The notes: a model not told the origin generated them from the letters alone. A stretch of DNA of 64,000 nt from Thermodesulfobacteriota bacterium (GCA_040755455.1 JBFMAY010000010.1:1-64000), one strand, 5' to 3'; counted from the stretch's first letter, positions 29,661 to 39,064 are shown. Translations and numbers: made by a program.

Positions 29661-30020
29661 TTAAAAGGTGATGATCCGGTAGCCTTCCTCGATAAATTTG
29701 CCCATTGACGGATGGCCTGATATGTGGCCGACCAGGGTCAGACCTTCTTCTTCCACAGCCTCTGTAACCTTCATCTTGGCAGAGCATGCCTTGCATACGG
29801 CCACGATGAGGCCCTTGTCCTTTGCCTGCTGATAGAGCGGTGCCAAAAAATGGCCCTCTTTACTCATGACAGGTATCAGCTTCACGGCCTCCCCCTCGAT
29901 AACGATGCTGCCCTCCAGACCCCGCTCATGCAGGTCAAGGGCATTGAGCAGCACATGGATAAAACATAGGGGATCACCCCGGAAGGCAAAGAGCACGATT
30001 TTCTCGCCTGAAGTTATCAT
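29661..30020 (-). CDS. DsrE/DsrF-like protein
   Basis: CFIHVLLNAL, IEGEAV, AVCKACS (CxxC), GHPSM, GYRIITF. Confidence 0.8.
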   Translation of the reverse strand: MITSGEKIVLFAFRGDPLCFIHVLLNALDLHERGLEGSIVIEGEAVKLIPVMSKEGHFLAPLYQQAKDKGLIVAVCKACSAKMKVTEAVEEEGLTLVGHISGHPSMGKFIEEGYRIITF

Positions 30021-30039
30021 TCGTTCCCCTCCTCGGGTG

Positions 30040-30561
30040 CTAGTCAATCAGATTGGCCGGGCCGTAATACTCTCTGGCATGCTTGCAGACCGGGCATTTC
30101 GCAGGGGGTTCGGTCCCTTCATGGATGTTGCCGCATTTGCTGCATTTCCACTTGATGGGCACGTCTCTTTTGTACACCGTGCCATTCTCCACCATTTCCA
30201 GCAGCTGCTGATAGCGATCACGGTGATGGGCCTCAACCCTGGCAATCTGCCTGAATAGGAAGGCGGCCTCCATGTTGCCTTCCGCCTCGGCCTGCTCGGC
30301 AAAGGTGGGGTACATGTCGGTGGTCTCGTAATTTTCGCCTTTTACCGCCTCCTTGAGATTGGCGACGGTGTCGCCAATGCCATGCAGCAGCTTGAACTGG
30401 TCCTTGGCGTGCTGCATTTCATTCAAGGCGGTCTCCTCAAAAATGGCGGCAATGTAATGGTACCCTTGTTTCCTGGCAACCTTGGCAAAATAGTCGTATT
30501 TGTTGCGGGCCTGGGATTCACCGGCAAAGGCTGCCTGCAGGTTCTCTTCTGTTTTACTCAT
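30040..30561 (-). CDS. rbr: Rubrerythrin
   Basis: [23 protein letters not shown]...MY, VEAHH, rubredoxin domain WKCSKCG...CPVC. Confidence 0.95.
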   Translation of the reverse strand: MSKTEENLQAAFAGESQARNKYDYFAKVARKQGYHYIAAIFEETALNEMQHAKDQFKLLHGIGDTVANLKEAVKGENYETTDMYPTFAEQAEAEGNMEAAFLFRQIARVEAHHRDRYQQLLEMVENGTVYKRDVPIKWKCSKCGNIHEGTEPPAKCPVCKHAREYYGPANLID

Positions 30562-30741
30562 CCGTTGTTCCTCCTGTCTTTACTGAAACAGTGTCAAGTT
30601 GATTGGTAATTGGTAATATCTACATGGCGATGGGGCGATTTAACAATGATTTTTTTAAAGATTATTGAAGAATTCTGCCGGGATGTCAATAATTGTGCAA
30701 AATTTTGCTTCCGCGATCGGCTGCAGCAAAGGGCTGTTGTT

Positions 30742-31152
30742 TCAGGTGGACAGGAGAAGAATGGCGCCGCTGGCCAGAACCAGGCCGACAACCTGCTTGA
30801 GGGTGAGAGGCTCCCGCAGAAAGATAACGGCCAGGATGACGGTGATAAGCGGATAGAGGGCGGTCAGGCCGACGACAATGGCGATTTTCCCCTTCTGGGC
30901 GGCGGCGAAGAAAAAAAGGGTGCCGGTCATACCGGCGATACCGGTGAGCACGGCAAACAAGATCCCCTTGGGGTGGTGCTGGGGGTGGAAGTTGATAAAG
31001 AAGAGAGTGACCAGCCCAACGAGGATGGCGCCGGCCACCTCATAAACCAGAGCGCTTTGCGGTGAAATGTAGCTTACGGCAATTTTTGGAAAAAACCCCC
31101 AAAAGCCGTAGATAATCATCGCCAGCAATGCCGACAGCAGCCAGTTGTCCAT
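30742..31152 (-). CDS. EamA/DMT-family transporter (single repeat)
   Basis: Five TM helices; YGFWGFF, LYPLITVILAVIFLREPLT. Confidence 0.88.
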   Translation of the reverse strand: MDNWLLSALLAMIIYGFWGFFPKIAVSYISPQSALVYEVAGAILVGLVTLFFINFHPQHHPKGILFAVLTGIAGMTGTLFFFAAAQKGKIAIVVGLTALYPLITVILAVIFLREPLTLKQVVGLVLASGAILLLST

Positions 31153-31181
31153 TGATTATTACCGAAAAGAGAGCAGGCGGA

Positions 31182-31796
31182 TTAATTTCTGCCTGTGCCC
31201 CAGATAACGCCCCGGCCGGAATCCTCCATATTCTTGGTGGTATCCGGGGTATAAATGATCAGCTGGTTTTCTTCGCCGCGTCTGATTGTGGTCCAGTCAA
31301 GGCGTGAATACCACATGCCGACCTGATTACCGTCCTGGTCAAGGATGAGCGCCCCATCGTACCTGTTTTTGAAACGGTACCGGTTGTCAATCCGCTCCAT
31401 CCAGGCTTGCAGCTGCTCCGGCGTGAGATTGATTGCTTTCCACAGGCTTGGCGCCAGCTGATACTTATTGTCGATGGCCATGATGGCCACCGGTTCCGCA
31501 TCCGGGCCGATATAATAATAGTTGTGGTTGTCCAGCAGCTGGCCTGACTCGAAGACCTCATTGACCGAGAGCTTGAAATCCAGCCGGCCATAGGAACCGG
31601 TGCTGCAGGCAGACATTATCGGACTTATAAAGACAAGCAGCAGGAAGATCGTTTTCATGAAAACTCTTTGTGGATCGGGCATAGCGTATCTCCATTTCAT
31701 TAACAATTCAGCGGTGACGGCAAACCAGTCGCTTTTGCCGGGGTCATTGTTCCAGTTGCGCCGGTTCAGCGGTGTTCTGTTTTTTTCATAGCTCAT
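31182..31796 (-). CDS. Hypothetical lipoprotein
   Basis: Lipobox MSAC after MKTIFLLL; alternative start at 31658. Confidence 0.7.
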   Translation of the reverse strand: MSYEKNRTPLNRRNWNNDPGKSDWFAVTAELLMKWRYAMPDPQRVFMKTIFLLLVFISPIMSACSTGSYGRLDFKLSVNEVFESGQLLDNHNYYYIGPDAEPVAIMAIDNKYQLAPSLWKAINLTPEQLQAWMERIDNRYRFKNRYDGALILDQDGNQVGMWYSRLDWTTIRRGEENQLIIYTPDTTKNMEDSGRGVIWGTGRN

Positions 31797-32112
31797 TTAC
31801 CCTCTGCCCGGCAGAACTCCCGGAATAATCTGTTATCAATTAATATAAGAATAATTCCGAAAAAAGCCAGAGGGGAGAAAAGCGGCTCCTTGACCGGAAA
31901 ACTTTAAACTATTGACCTTTGCTAGCAGTAACAGCATAGTATATAATTATTTTTCAAGCCAAAGAAGATCAACACAGAGCACCTGCTGAAGCTGCCAAGG
32001 GAACGCCAGGAACATGGCGGCGAAAAATACGGGAGGGCAGGACATGCCGGACAAAACTGCCGGCATGGTGGTTGATGGTAAAGGATGAGATGACCGGCCT
32101 TGGTCGTTGAAC

Positions 32113-32397
32113 CTACTGTTGCGCGGCAAGGTCCACCAGGGTTGCCCCCCACCCGCTTCTGTCCTCATGGGCCAGACGAAAGGAGACAACCTCCGGCATT
32201 CGTTCCAGAATGGCGTGCACGGTGCGCAGCAGGGTGCCAGTGCCTTTGCCGTGGATGATGCGGATCTGGAGGATGTTTCGTTCCCGGCAGACCCTGATAT
32301 ATTCCGGCACTAGACTCTTCACGTCACGGGGCTGGAAGGTGTGTAAATCAAGTATGCCGTCAATGGGCAGCTCAATCGCTTCTGTCTCGTCGTTCAT
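32113..32397 (-). CDS. Stand-alone Smr-domain protein
   Basis: LDLHTF, IRIIHGKGTG, SGWGATLV. Confidence 0.88.
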   Translation of the reverse strand: MNDETEAIELPIDGILDLHTFQPRDVKSLVPEYIRVCRERNILQIRIIHGKGTGTLLRTVHAILERMPEVVSFRLAHEDRSGWGATLVDLAAQQ

Positions 32398-32514
32398 CGC
32401 AGAGGGCGGGGGTGTTTTTATGGCTTTTTCCTGGCCTTGCCAGGAAAATTTTCTCTCTTGGCAAGAATAAAGAATACTGGAAATGAAGTCAATGGAAAGC
32501 GGGACGCAGAAAAA

Positions 32515-34782
32515 ATGATAACAGATGAGAGAAAACAAAAAATACTTTTTCTTGGTTCAAACGTGAAGATCCGCAATCTGCCGATTAAGGAAGTGAGCCT
32601 GATTGAAGAGGGCAGCCTACCGGCATACGGCTATAATCCCGGCGATTTTGTCGAACTGCTGGCCGGCAAGGTTGCCGTGGAAAACGGCCGCCTTGATCAG
32701 TGTCTGACCTGGCTGGCCTCCTATCTGACCACCGGCAATCTTAGCCCGCAGATCACCACAATCAGCTATGGCGATCAGAAGGATATTTTTCAGATTTTCA
32801 GAAAAAGACAGCGGCCGGAAATCGACAAGGATCATGGCTGGTTCATGGTGCACCAGATCCTGCCTTTTGCCGGCCGGGGAGCGGATGAGAATGCCCTGTC
32901 CATAACCGATGAGAACAGGGAAAGATTGCGGGGCCATGATGGCATCATGGTGGTTGACGACGGAGGCCGGCCGCCCCAGATTGCCGCTGAGCTGAAAGAG
33001 CTCAACCCATCGGCCTGGGTCATTGCCATGGGCATCAGCGTGGCCCACTGGCTGGAATGGGCAAAGGAGTTCGGCGAGAATTTCGTTCTCTTTGGCCGCC
33101 TGTCCGATCTGGAGACCACCCGCATGGAGATGGACAGTTCGGTGGTGTGGGAATCGATTGTCGCCATGTCCCTGCGGGCCCTGCGCTCCCCGGAGGTGGG
33201 TATCTGGGATGCCCAGCGCAATTGCTTCCGCTGCCATGTCATGATCGAGATGTTTCCCCATGGTCTGCTTTATGTCAGCCCGAAAAATGTTTTTTTCCGC
33301 CACCGGGAAGGGAGTCTACCGGAAAAGAGCTCCCCCCGGCAGAAGGGCTCTGTGCCGGCTTACGACACACTGGTCACCTCCATGCTGGCCATGGATTTTA
33401 TCCGCATGGGGGAGGTGGTCGCCGGCCGCAGTTTCTTCTGTGATTTTTCCAAACGAACCCTGTTGCACTGGCAACTGCTCTATGATCACGGCTATTATTT
33501 CAATGAGTCGCTGGAACTGCCTAATCTCGATTTTACCTCCACCTTTCCCAATGGGGCACCCTGTTCCTTTCTTGATTACAATGACCCCTGCTTCGTCGAA
33601 CTGCCCGGCTTTTCTGCGGAATTCGACAAAAGTCTGGAGCTTGTTTCCGCCCAGGAGTGGAGCAAGGGGAAGATGGCCGGCCTGCGCTCGTTCTTTACCC
33701 AATCGGGTTGTCATTCTCCCCATCATGCGGCCATGCGGGCGGGTGCGGTGCCCCCGGGTTACATGGATATTATTCTGGAGGTGCTGCATTATCTGAAAGA
33801 GGAGGTAAGCCGAAAAAACGGTTTCAAGAATCTGCGCATGTTTCATGTCGGCCATCTGCGCACCGCCGATCCGGCGGAAATCGGGCCGGTGCTCACCCTG
33901 CAGTCGGTCATGGACTCCTATGTCAGCAAGGAGAGTTTTCAGCGGCCGCTCTGTATCGGTGTGTTCGGCCCCCCCGGCTCCGGCAAGTCCTTTGCCGTGA
34001 AAGAGGTGGCCAAGGTGATCGGCAAGAAATTTGACCACGACCCCTTTGATTTCTTTGAATTCAACCTGACCCAGTTCGCCGAACCGGACGAGATCAATGC
34101 GGCCATTGACCTGGTCCGCGCATCCGTTGCCAAGGGCAAGGTGCCGATCACCTTCTGGGATGAATTTGACTGCCGTTACGATGGCCATGAATTCGGCTAT
34201 CTCCGTTACTTTCTCCCTTCCATGCAGGATGGGGTGACCTATGTGCATGGTATCCCCTATTATATCGGCCGTGCTATTTTTGTCTTTGCCGGGGGGGTCA
34301 AGACGAGCTGGCTGGCCATGGAGGAGATGCTGACCAAGGCCACCCCCCAGGAACTGCAGGTGGCTAAAACCCTGAAGATTCCTGACTTCATGAGCCGCCT
34401 GCGGGTTGTGCTTGATATCGACGGCATCGAAATACCCGAGGAGCTGCTGCGCGATTCGGCCTCCCCCGAGGAGCTGGAGGAGTTGCGCCGCATTCTGTTG
34501 AAAAGGGCCTTCATCATCGCCCATCAGATGGATACCCACTGGAAAAAGGCGGCGAGAAAAACCTCGGGCCTGCTGCTGCGCCTGCTCATCGCCCAGTACA
34601 AATTCGGGGCCCGCTCCATCGAGGCGGTCATCGAGGCAAGCCGCGCCGCCGACCGCCTGGTCTATGGCCTGCCGGAATTGATCGGCCCCTCCGGCGCCCG
34701 CATCCATGCGGACTGGCGGGTTGATCTGGAAAGGCGGCTTGATCAGGTACGAAAAAAACAGGGGTTGCGCTCCGTGTGGTAG
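32515..34782 (+). CDS. Large P-loop AAA+-type ATPase of unknown function
   Basis: Walker A GPPGSGKS, FNLTQF, Walker B FWDEFD, MQDG, IFVFAGG, DFMSRLR, GARSIE. Confidence 0.85.
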   Translation: MITDERKQKILFLGSNVKIRNLPIKEVSLIEEGSLPAYGYNPGDFVELLAGKVAVENGRLDQCLTWLASYLTTGNLSPQITTISYGDQKDIFQIFRKRQRPEIDKDHGWFMVHQILPFAGRGADENALSITDENRERLRGHDGIMVVDDGGRPPQIAAELKELNPSAWVIAMGISVAHWLEWAKEFGENFVLFGRLSDLETTRMEMDSSVVWESIVAMSLRALRSPEVGIWDAQRNCFRCHVMIEMFPHGLLYVSPKNVFFRHREGSLPEKSSPRQKGSVPAYDTLVTSMLAMDFIRMGEVVAGRSFFCDFSKRTLLHWQLLYDHGYYFNESLELPNLDFTSTFPNGAPCSFLDYNDPCFVELPGFSAEFDKSLELVSAQEWSKGKMAGLRSFFTQSGCHSPHHAAMRAGAVPPGYMDIILEVLHYLKEEVSRKNGFKNLRMFHVGHLRTADPAEIGPVLTLQSVMDSYVSKESFQRPLCIGVFGPPGSGKSFAVKEVAKVIGKKFDHDPFDFFEFNLTQFAEPDEINAAIDLVRASVAKGKVPITFWDEFDCRYDGHEFGYLRYFLPSMQDGVTYVHGIPYYIGRAIFVFAGGVKTSWLAMEEMLTKATPQELQVAKTLKIPDFMSRLRVVLDIDGIEIPEELLRDSASPEELEELRRILLKRAFIIAHQMDTHWKKAARKTSGLLLRLLIAQYKFGARSIEAVIEASRAADRLVYGLPELIGPSGARIHADWRVDLERRLDQVRKKQGLRSVW

Positions 34783-34843
34783 CCGGGCCAGACGTCAGCC
34801 TGCGCCCATGGCAAAATCTTCTCCTGGTGGCGAAAAAATTGTA

Positions 34844-34872
34844 TTGATGAATTGGTCCAGATAAGGTATAAA
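34844..34872 (+). promoter_or_regulatory. sigma70 promoter of tRNA-Arg
   Basis: TTGATG-N17-TATAAA, 18 nt before the tRNA. Confidence 0.6.
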
Positions 34873-34890
34873 AACCACTCCTTCAACAAA

Positions 34891-34967
34891 GCACCCGTAG
34901 CTCAGCTGGATAGAGTGCCGGACTACGAATCCGTAGGTCGCACGTTCGAATCGTGCCGGGTGCGCCA
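34891..34967 (+). tRNA. tRNA-Arg (anticodon ACG)
   Basis: GCACCCG/CGGGTGC acceptor stem, D-loop AGCTGGATA, anticodon loop CTACGAA, GTTCGAATC, encoded CCA. Confidence 0.97.
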
Positions 34968-34976
34968 GAAAATACT

Positions 34977-35011
34977 AAAGCCCTTCGCTCCGAGTGAGCT
35001 AAGGGCTTTTT
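34977..35011 (+). terminator. Intrinsic terminator after the tRNA
   Basis: AAAGCCCTT...AAGGGCTTT followed by a T-run. Confidence 0.8.
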
Positions 35012-35098
35012 TATTTAGTTCCGTGGGGATACTGAGAGCCGCGGTTTTATGCCAACCCCCACACCTGATTCATGCTGTGGACGTCGGCAAAAAAACCA

Positions 35099-35317
35099 TT
35101 ATAACGCGTGGGCATCCTTGCATGATTCAGCCTTATTCATGCTTAAGAGCCCACCCAACAAATAATGACCGCAACTTGTAAATTGCCGCGTCTTGCAGAT
35201 CAGCTCAGCATAATATGATAATGGAATATAAACGCCGCCCGCCCTTCTCAGGCATTGAGCATGGCACTCTTTCCAGAAAGGGCAGCTCGTCTCGTTTTTA
35301 TTGGAGAAATGGGCCAT
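35099..35317 (-). CDS. Small Cys-rich hypothetical protein
   Basis: 72 aa, GGGAG RBS, CPFW..CHAQC..GGVYIP..C-x7-CGHY. Confidence 0.55.
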   Translation of the reverse strand: MAHFSNKNETSCPFWKECHAQCLRRAGGVYIPLSYYAELICKTRQFTSCGHYLLGGLLSMNKAESCKDAHAL

Positions 35318-35573
35318 ATTGTTGTTCTCCCGGCATTGAATGCACACGAAGAAGCGTTACAGTTATTGTTACATCGTCTCCCATGCAAAAGTAGTATATT
35401 ATGAAAGAACGCAATAAACATCCGGATGGTTCCCGGCAATAATGTTGATCTTCAGAAAAAAATGGCCGGCCAGGTGGGGGCATGGCCTGAAGCTGCATAA
35501 CCCTTTTTTGCCCAGTTGGCGGATGCAGTTCAGATTTTTTTCTCAAATGCCCGAGAGAGCTGAATAATTCATT

Positions 35574-35801
35574 GTGACGAAGAACAAGTTGGGAACAGCA
35601 CAGGTGGTTTCCTGGGTCCTCACTTTATGCAGAATACTGATTGGGGCCCTTGTGATCAAAACAGGGTTTGATTTGGCCAGCGGGACAGGTGCATTTGCTT
35701 ATAAACAATCTGACAACATCATGACCGGCGTTTTCGTGATGTCCATTGGTATCTATTTTGTCTTTTCAAGCATTTCCCGGCAATTTTTTAAAGATAAATA
35801 G
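35574..35801 (+). CDS. Small two-TM membrane protein
   Basis: 75 aa, two hydrophobic helices. Confidence 0.55.
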   Translation: MTKNKLGTAQVVSWVLTLCRILIGALVIKTGFDLASGTGAFAYKQSDNIMTGVFVMSIGIYFVFSSISRQFFKDK

Positions 35802-35872
35802 ACTTGCTGAGAAAAAAACGATGAATGCAATGCGGGTTCTGCCCTCTTTTTACAGGGCGTTATCGGTATTGG

Positions 35873-37264
35873 TCAGGAGCTGTGCAAGGGCAGCTCAACC
35901 GTGACCGTGGTGCCGCAGCCAGGTTCACTGTTAATGGTGATTCTGCCGCCGTGGCCGTCGATGATCTTTTTGGCGGAGAAGAGCCCCAGGCCGCTGCCCT
36001 TGGCCATGTCCTTTGTCTGGTTGAGCCTTCTGAAAGGCTGAAACAGGGTGGAAATTTTCTCCGGCGGGATGCCGACCCCCGCATCTTTTACCACAATAAC
36101 AGCTTGCTCCTGCTCGCGGCGAAGCCGGATTTCAATGGTGCTGTTACGTTCGCTGTACTTGACAGCGTTGGAAATAAGATTGTTGATTACCCGCTCCAGG
36201 CGTCTGGCATCGCCCTGCACCAGACAGGGGGTCCCTTCATAGCGCAGATGGTGACTGCTGATCATGGTTACCTGTTTGGCGTGGATGGTCTTGAGCAGGC
36301 CGTGGAGATCCACCTCTGCCATGGAAAGCGCAACGTTCCCCTCTTCCAACCGCACGGTATCGACAAACTCGCCGATCAGTTCTTCAACCGCATCAGCCTG
36401 TTCGATGATACAATCGAGCAGGGGCATCTTCTCTTCGACAACGGCCTGCTTCTTTTTCAATCTTCTGGCCGTCCCGCCGATGAGGACCAGGGGATTCTTG
36501 ATGTCATGAGCCAGCGAGGCGATGAAATGACGACGATCCTGCTGAAGCAGAGAGATATTCTCGGTCATTTCATTAAAAGCGCGGCTGAGCATGCCGAGTT
36601 CATCGTTGTAGTAGACCGTGGCCCGCGCTGCCGCTTCTCCTCTACCGAAGCGCTCAGCCACCTGGCTCAGGGCAAAGGTGGGGAGGATGATCCGTTTGAG
36701 CAGCAGAAGGGAATTGCAGGCGGTGAAAAAGAGGACAAAGAGTATCAAGCCGATTGACCAGCGGTCGACCACAGTGTCAAGGCGCTTACTCAGGGTCAGG
36801 GTCTCGGTCATCTGTGCATGGTTCTGTTCCCTGAATTCCTCAACCGCACTCAGCAGTACGTCGGCGGAGCGGCTGGCCTCCTCCAGGGGCTGGGCTGGCT
36901 CGGCAAGGGCATCGGCCCGGTATTGCTCAAATAATTGCCGGATATGGGAAATTTTTTCTTTTCCTTGGGTTGAGGTGCCGGGATCTGCAAGAGCACGAAC
37001 CAGGGGGGTTGATCTTTCCAGAAAGCTTGATTTCAGCTTAAGATACGCCGTGTCACCGGTGACACGCCAAAGCAGATCCTCGCGCCGTTCACTGAGAATA
37101 GCATTTTCAATCTGATGGGCAAGTTCGATGGCCTGAGAATCCTTGAGGACCCGGGCATTCATGGACTGCAGTTTATTGGTGCTGGCCAGCAGCGACAGCG
37201 CCAGAATAATGAAACAGAAAACCAGTCCGCCTATCCAGAAATATATGAACTTCTTTATACTCAT
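35873..37264 (-). CDS. Membrane sensor histidine kinase with HAMP domain (orphan)
   Basis: Two TMs, HAMP DELGMLSRAFNEM, AHDIKNPL, NLISNAVKYS, DAGVGI, GSGLGL. Confidence 0.93.
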   Translation of the reverse strand: MSIKKFIYFWIGGLVFCFIILALSLLASTNKLQSMNARVLKDSQAIELAHQIENAILSERREDLLWRVTGDTAYLKLKSSFLERSTPLVRALADPGTSTQGKEKISHIRQLFEQYRADALAEPAQPLEEASRSADVLLSAVEEFREQNHAQMTETLTLSKRLDTVVDRWSIGLILFVLFFTACNSLLLLKRIILPTFALSQVAERFGRGEAAARATVYYNDELGMLSRAFNEMTENISLLQQDRRHFIASLAHDIKNPLVLIGGTARRLKKKQAVVEEKMPLLDCIIEQADAVEELIGEFVDTVRLEEGNVALSMAEVDLHGLLKTIHAKQVTMISSHHLRYEGTPCLVQGDARRLERVINNLISNAVKYSERNSTIEIRLRREQEQAVIVVKDAGVGIPPEKISTLFQPFRRLNQTKDMAKGSGLGLFSAKKIIDGHGGRITINSEPGCGTTVTVELPLHSS

Positions 37265-37713
37265 GGTGATGGAATGTGCTCCTTTCCTTGCTCTTTGTCA
37301 ACCACTTCCTGCTTGTTTATGTTATGCCAACTGCCGTGACATTAATCACTGAGAGCAGTGCCTGGAATAAATAGTTCCTGGACAGGCTCAGTCAAAATCT
37401 CCGCAGGAGGATGACAGTACAAAAAATGAAATGCCGTTGATTGTGACCGGGTAAACCGGAGGAAGCAACATCAGGAAAACAAGGCCACCAGGCAACTCAG
37501 CCACAAACTGAGAAGAGAGCTCTGCCTGGAGGCTTGACAGTGCATTCACGCAAAACAGCCCGGGCGGGACCAGGGGGGGGGAAACGGTGCAAGAGGCAAG
37601 TTGGGAAATAATCCTCCCCCGGAATTATGGAGCCGGGGGAAAACAGCTCATCGATGAATATGCCACCCCGCAGGCTGGGTAACCCCCTGAAAGGTTCTGA
37701 GAAAAGACCAGCT

Positions 37714-38649
37714 CTACGAGTGGAAAAGCAGGCGGACCCGCTTAATCATGCTGCTGACAACCTGCAGGGTCTTGAACGGAATCGGCTTTAACGTTGACGG
37801 CAAAATAAAGCCGTCGACCGAAACATCCTGCGGATGCAACAAGGGGAAAATAAGCTCCTCCGGCCTGGCCCCGGCAAGATGCTGCCTGGCCGTCTCGCGC
37901 CAGATCATGCTCTGCTCAGGCTTTATACCGAGCATGAGCAGCAGGGCGGTATCCAGGGCCACCGGATTGACAGAGCCCGCCACCACCCCCAGGGGAAACA
38001 TCTCCCCCTGCATCGGCCCCCTTCTGTGCATGGCCTGCACCCCATCCATGAAACTTATCCCTGCAGGCAAAACAGCAAGCAGATCCACCAGCATGCGGCA
38101 GAAAGCCTGCTCATCCTCCCCCAGTTTCTGATGGAGCAGGGCCTTGCCGAAGCCTTTCACCGCGCCGAAGTAATTTTTTACCGCCAGGGAAATGAGCGTC
38201 TGGGAATGGGCCTTGAATTTAGGGAGATTGATCAGCACATCACATTCCAGCGGCTCGGCGGCCAGGGTAACCCGCTCACCGCAGGCAAGACTGACCTGCC
38301 TGGCTGTGCCGAAATGAATCAATTTGACCGGCAGGCCCCGTAGACTTCCGGCAATACCACAGGCCCGCATCACTGCCGGAGCTCGGCCAAAGGCTGGGGA
38401 ATCGCCTATGTCTACCTTGGCCCCGCAATCCAAACACCACTCGGCAACAGCGGCAACAAATTCCGGGTGGGTGCAGGCCAGGCCGTTGTGGCCTCGCCCC
38501 GCCACCAGATTCGGTTTCAGCAGCACCCTGAGGCCTGGCGTGATGCGAAAACAGACCGCCTCGGCCAAGGTGGCCAAATGGTTCTTTAACGTATGCCGGT
38601 CATAGGTGGGACAGCGCAAAATGCCCACTTTTTGCGATGAAATTTCCAT
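37714..38649 (-). CDS. DUF362-family protein
   Basis: VLLKPNLV, CTHPEFV, IGDSP, INLPKFKAH, AVKNYFG, NPVALD. Confidence 0.85.
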   Translation of the reverse strand: MEISSQKVGILRCPTYDRHTLKNHLATLAEAVCFRITPGLRVLLKPNLVAGRGHNGLACTHPEFVAAVAEWCLDCGAKVDIGDSPAFGRAPAVMRACGIAGSLRGLPVKLIHFGTARQVSLACGERVTLAAEPLECDVLINLPKFKAHSQTLISLAVKNYFGAVKGFGKALLHQKLGEDEQAFCRMLVDLLAVLPAGISFMDGVQAMHRRGPMQGEMFPLGVVAGSVNPVALDTALLLMLGIKPEQSMIWRETARQHLAGARPEELIFPLLHPQDVSVDGFILPSTLKPIPFKTLQVVSSMIKRVRLLFHS

Positions 38650-38704
38650 GGGTTGTCAGCAGAAAAAGCAAGAAGGATGAGAAGACAATTGCCGCTACAA
38701 AACG

Positions 38705-38742
38705 AAAAAGGCCGATCCTGGGGGGACAGGATCAGCCTTTTT
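38705..38742 (-). terminator. Intrinsic terminator
   Basis: Minus strand AAAAAGGCTGATCCTG-TCCCCC-CAGGATCGGCCTTTTT; the G-U wobble forms only on the minus strand. Confidence 0.8.
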
Positions 38743-38775
38743 CTGGAGAAAGGAGATAAGAGTTGTTATCTTGAT
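38705..38775 (-). ncRNA. Candidate sigma54-dependent sRNA or terminated leader
   Basis: Lies between a consensus sigma54 promoter and a strong terminator; 5' hairpin plus CUCCUUUCUCC tract; ends inferred. Confidence 0.5.
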
Positions 38776-38785
38776 TTGTGGTATA

Positions 38786-38801
38786 AGCAACAGGCGTGCC
38801 A
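38786..38801 (-). promoter_or_regulatory. sigma54 (-24/-12) promoter
   Basis: Minus strand TGGCACG-CCTG-TTGCT, exact match to TGGCACG-N4-TTGCW. Confidence 0.8.
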
Positions 38802-39064
38802 GACAGTTTAAAAAAAATTCTCCTCGCTTAATCCCTTATGCCATAAGGAAAAAACGTTTTCTACCGCAAATGAGCCTGCGCTCAAAAAATACAATTTTTT
38901 ATACCCTTGCCTCTTTCCTCAGAATAAAATAATATTATACAAATAAATCAATATATTACGATAAGGACAATTTTTTGTACCGCTCTTCGAACCGCATTCC
39001 AGCCGCAAAAAAACAGCTGCTGTGGATTTTTTCGTCACATTCGTAAGAGACAAGTACAATTTTT

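Noticed and set aside
30601..30625. TTGGTAAT direct repeat upstream of rubrerythrin as a possible PerR/Fur box
   Set aside because: Only half-sites; no convincing palindrome
33316..34707. 463-aa antisense ORF
   Set aside because: Shadow frame of the ATPase gene, expected from GC-rich codon usage
35825..36757. 310-aa + strand ORF
   Set aside because: Antisense to a canonical histidine kinase
34891..37713. Possible genomic island integrated at tRNA-Arg
   Set aside because: No integrase and no duplicated tRNA 3' end seen in the window
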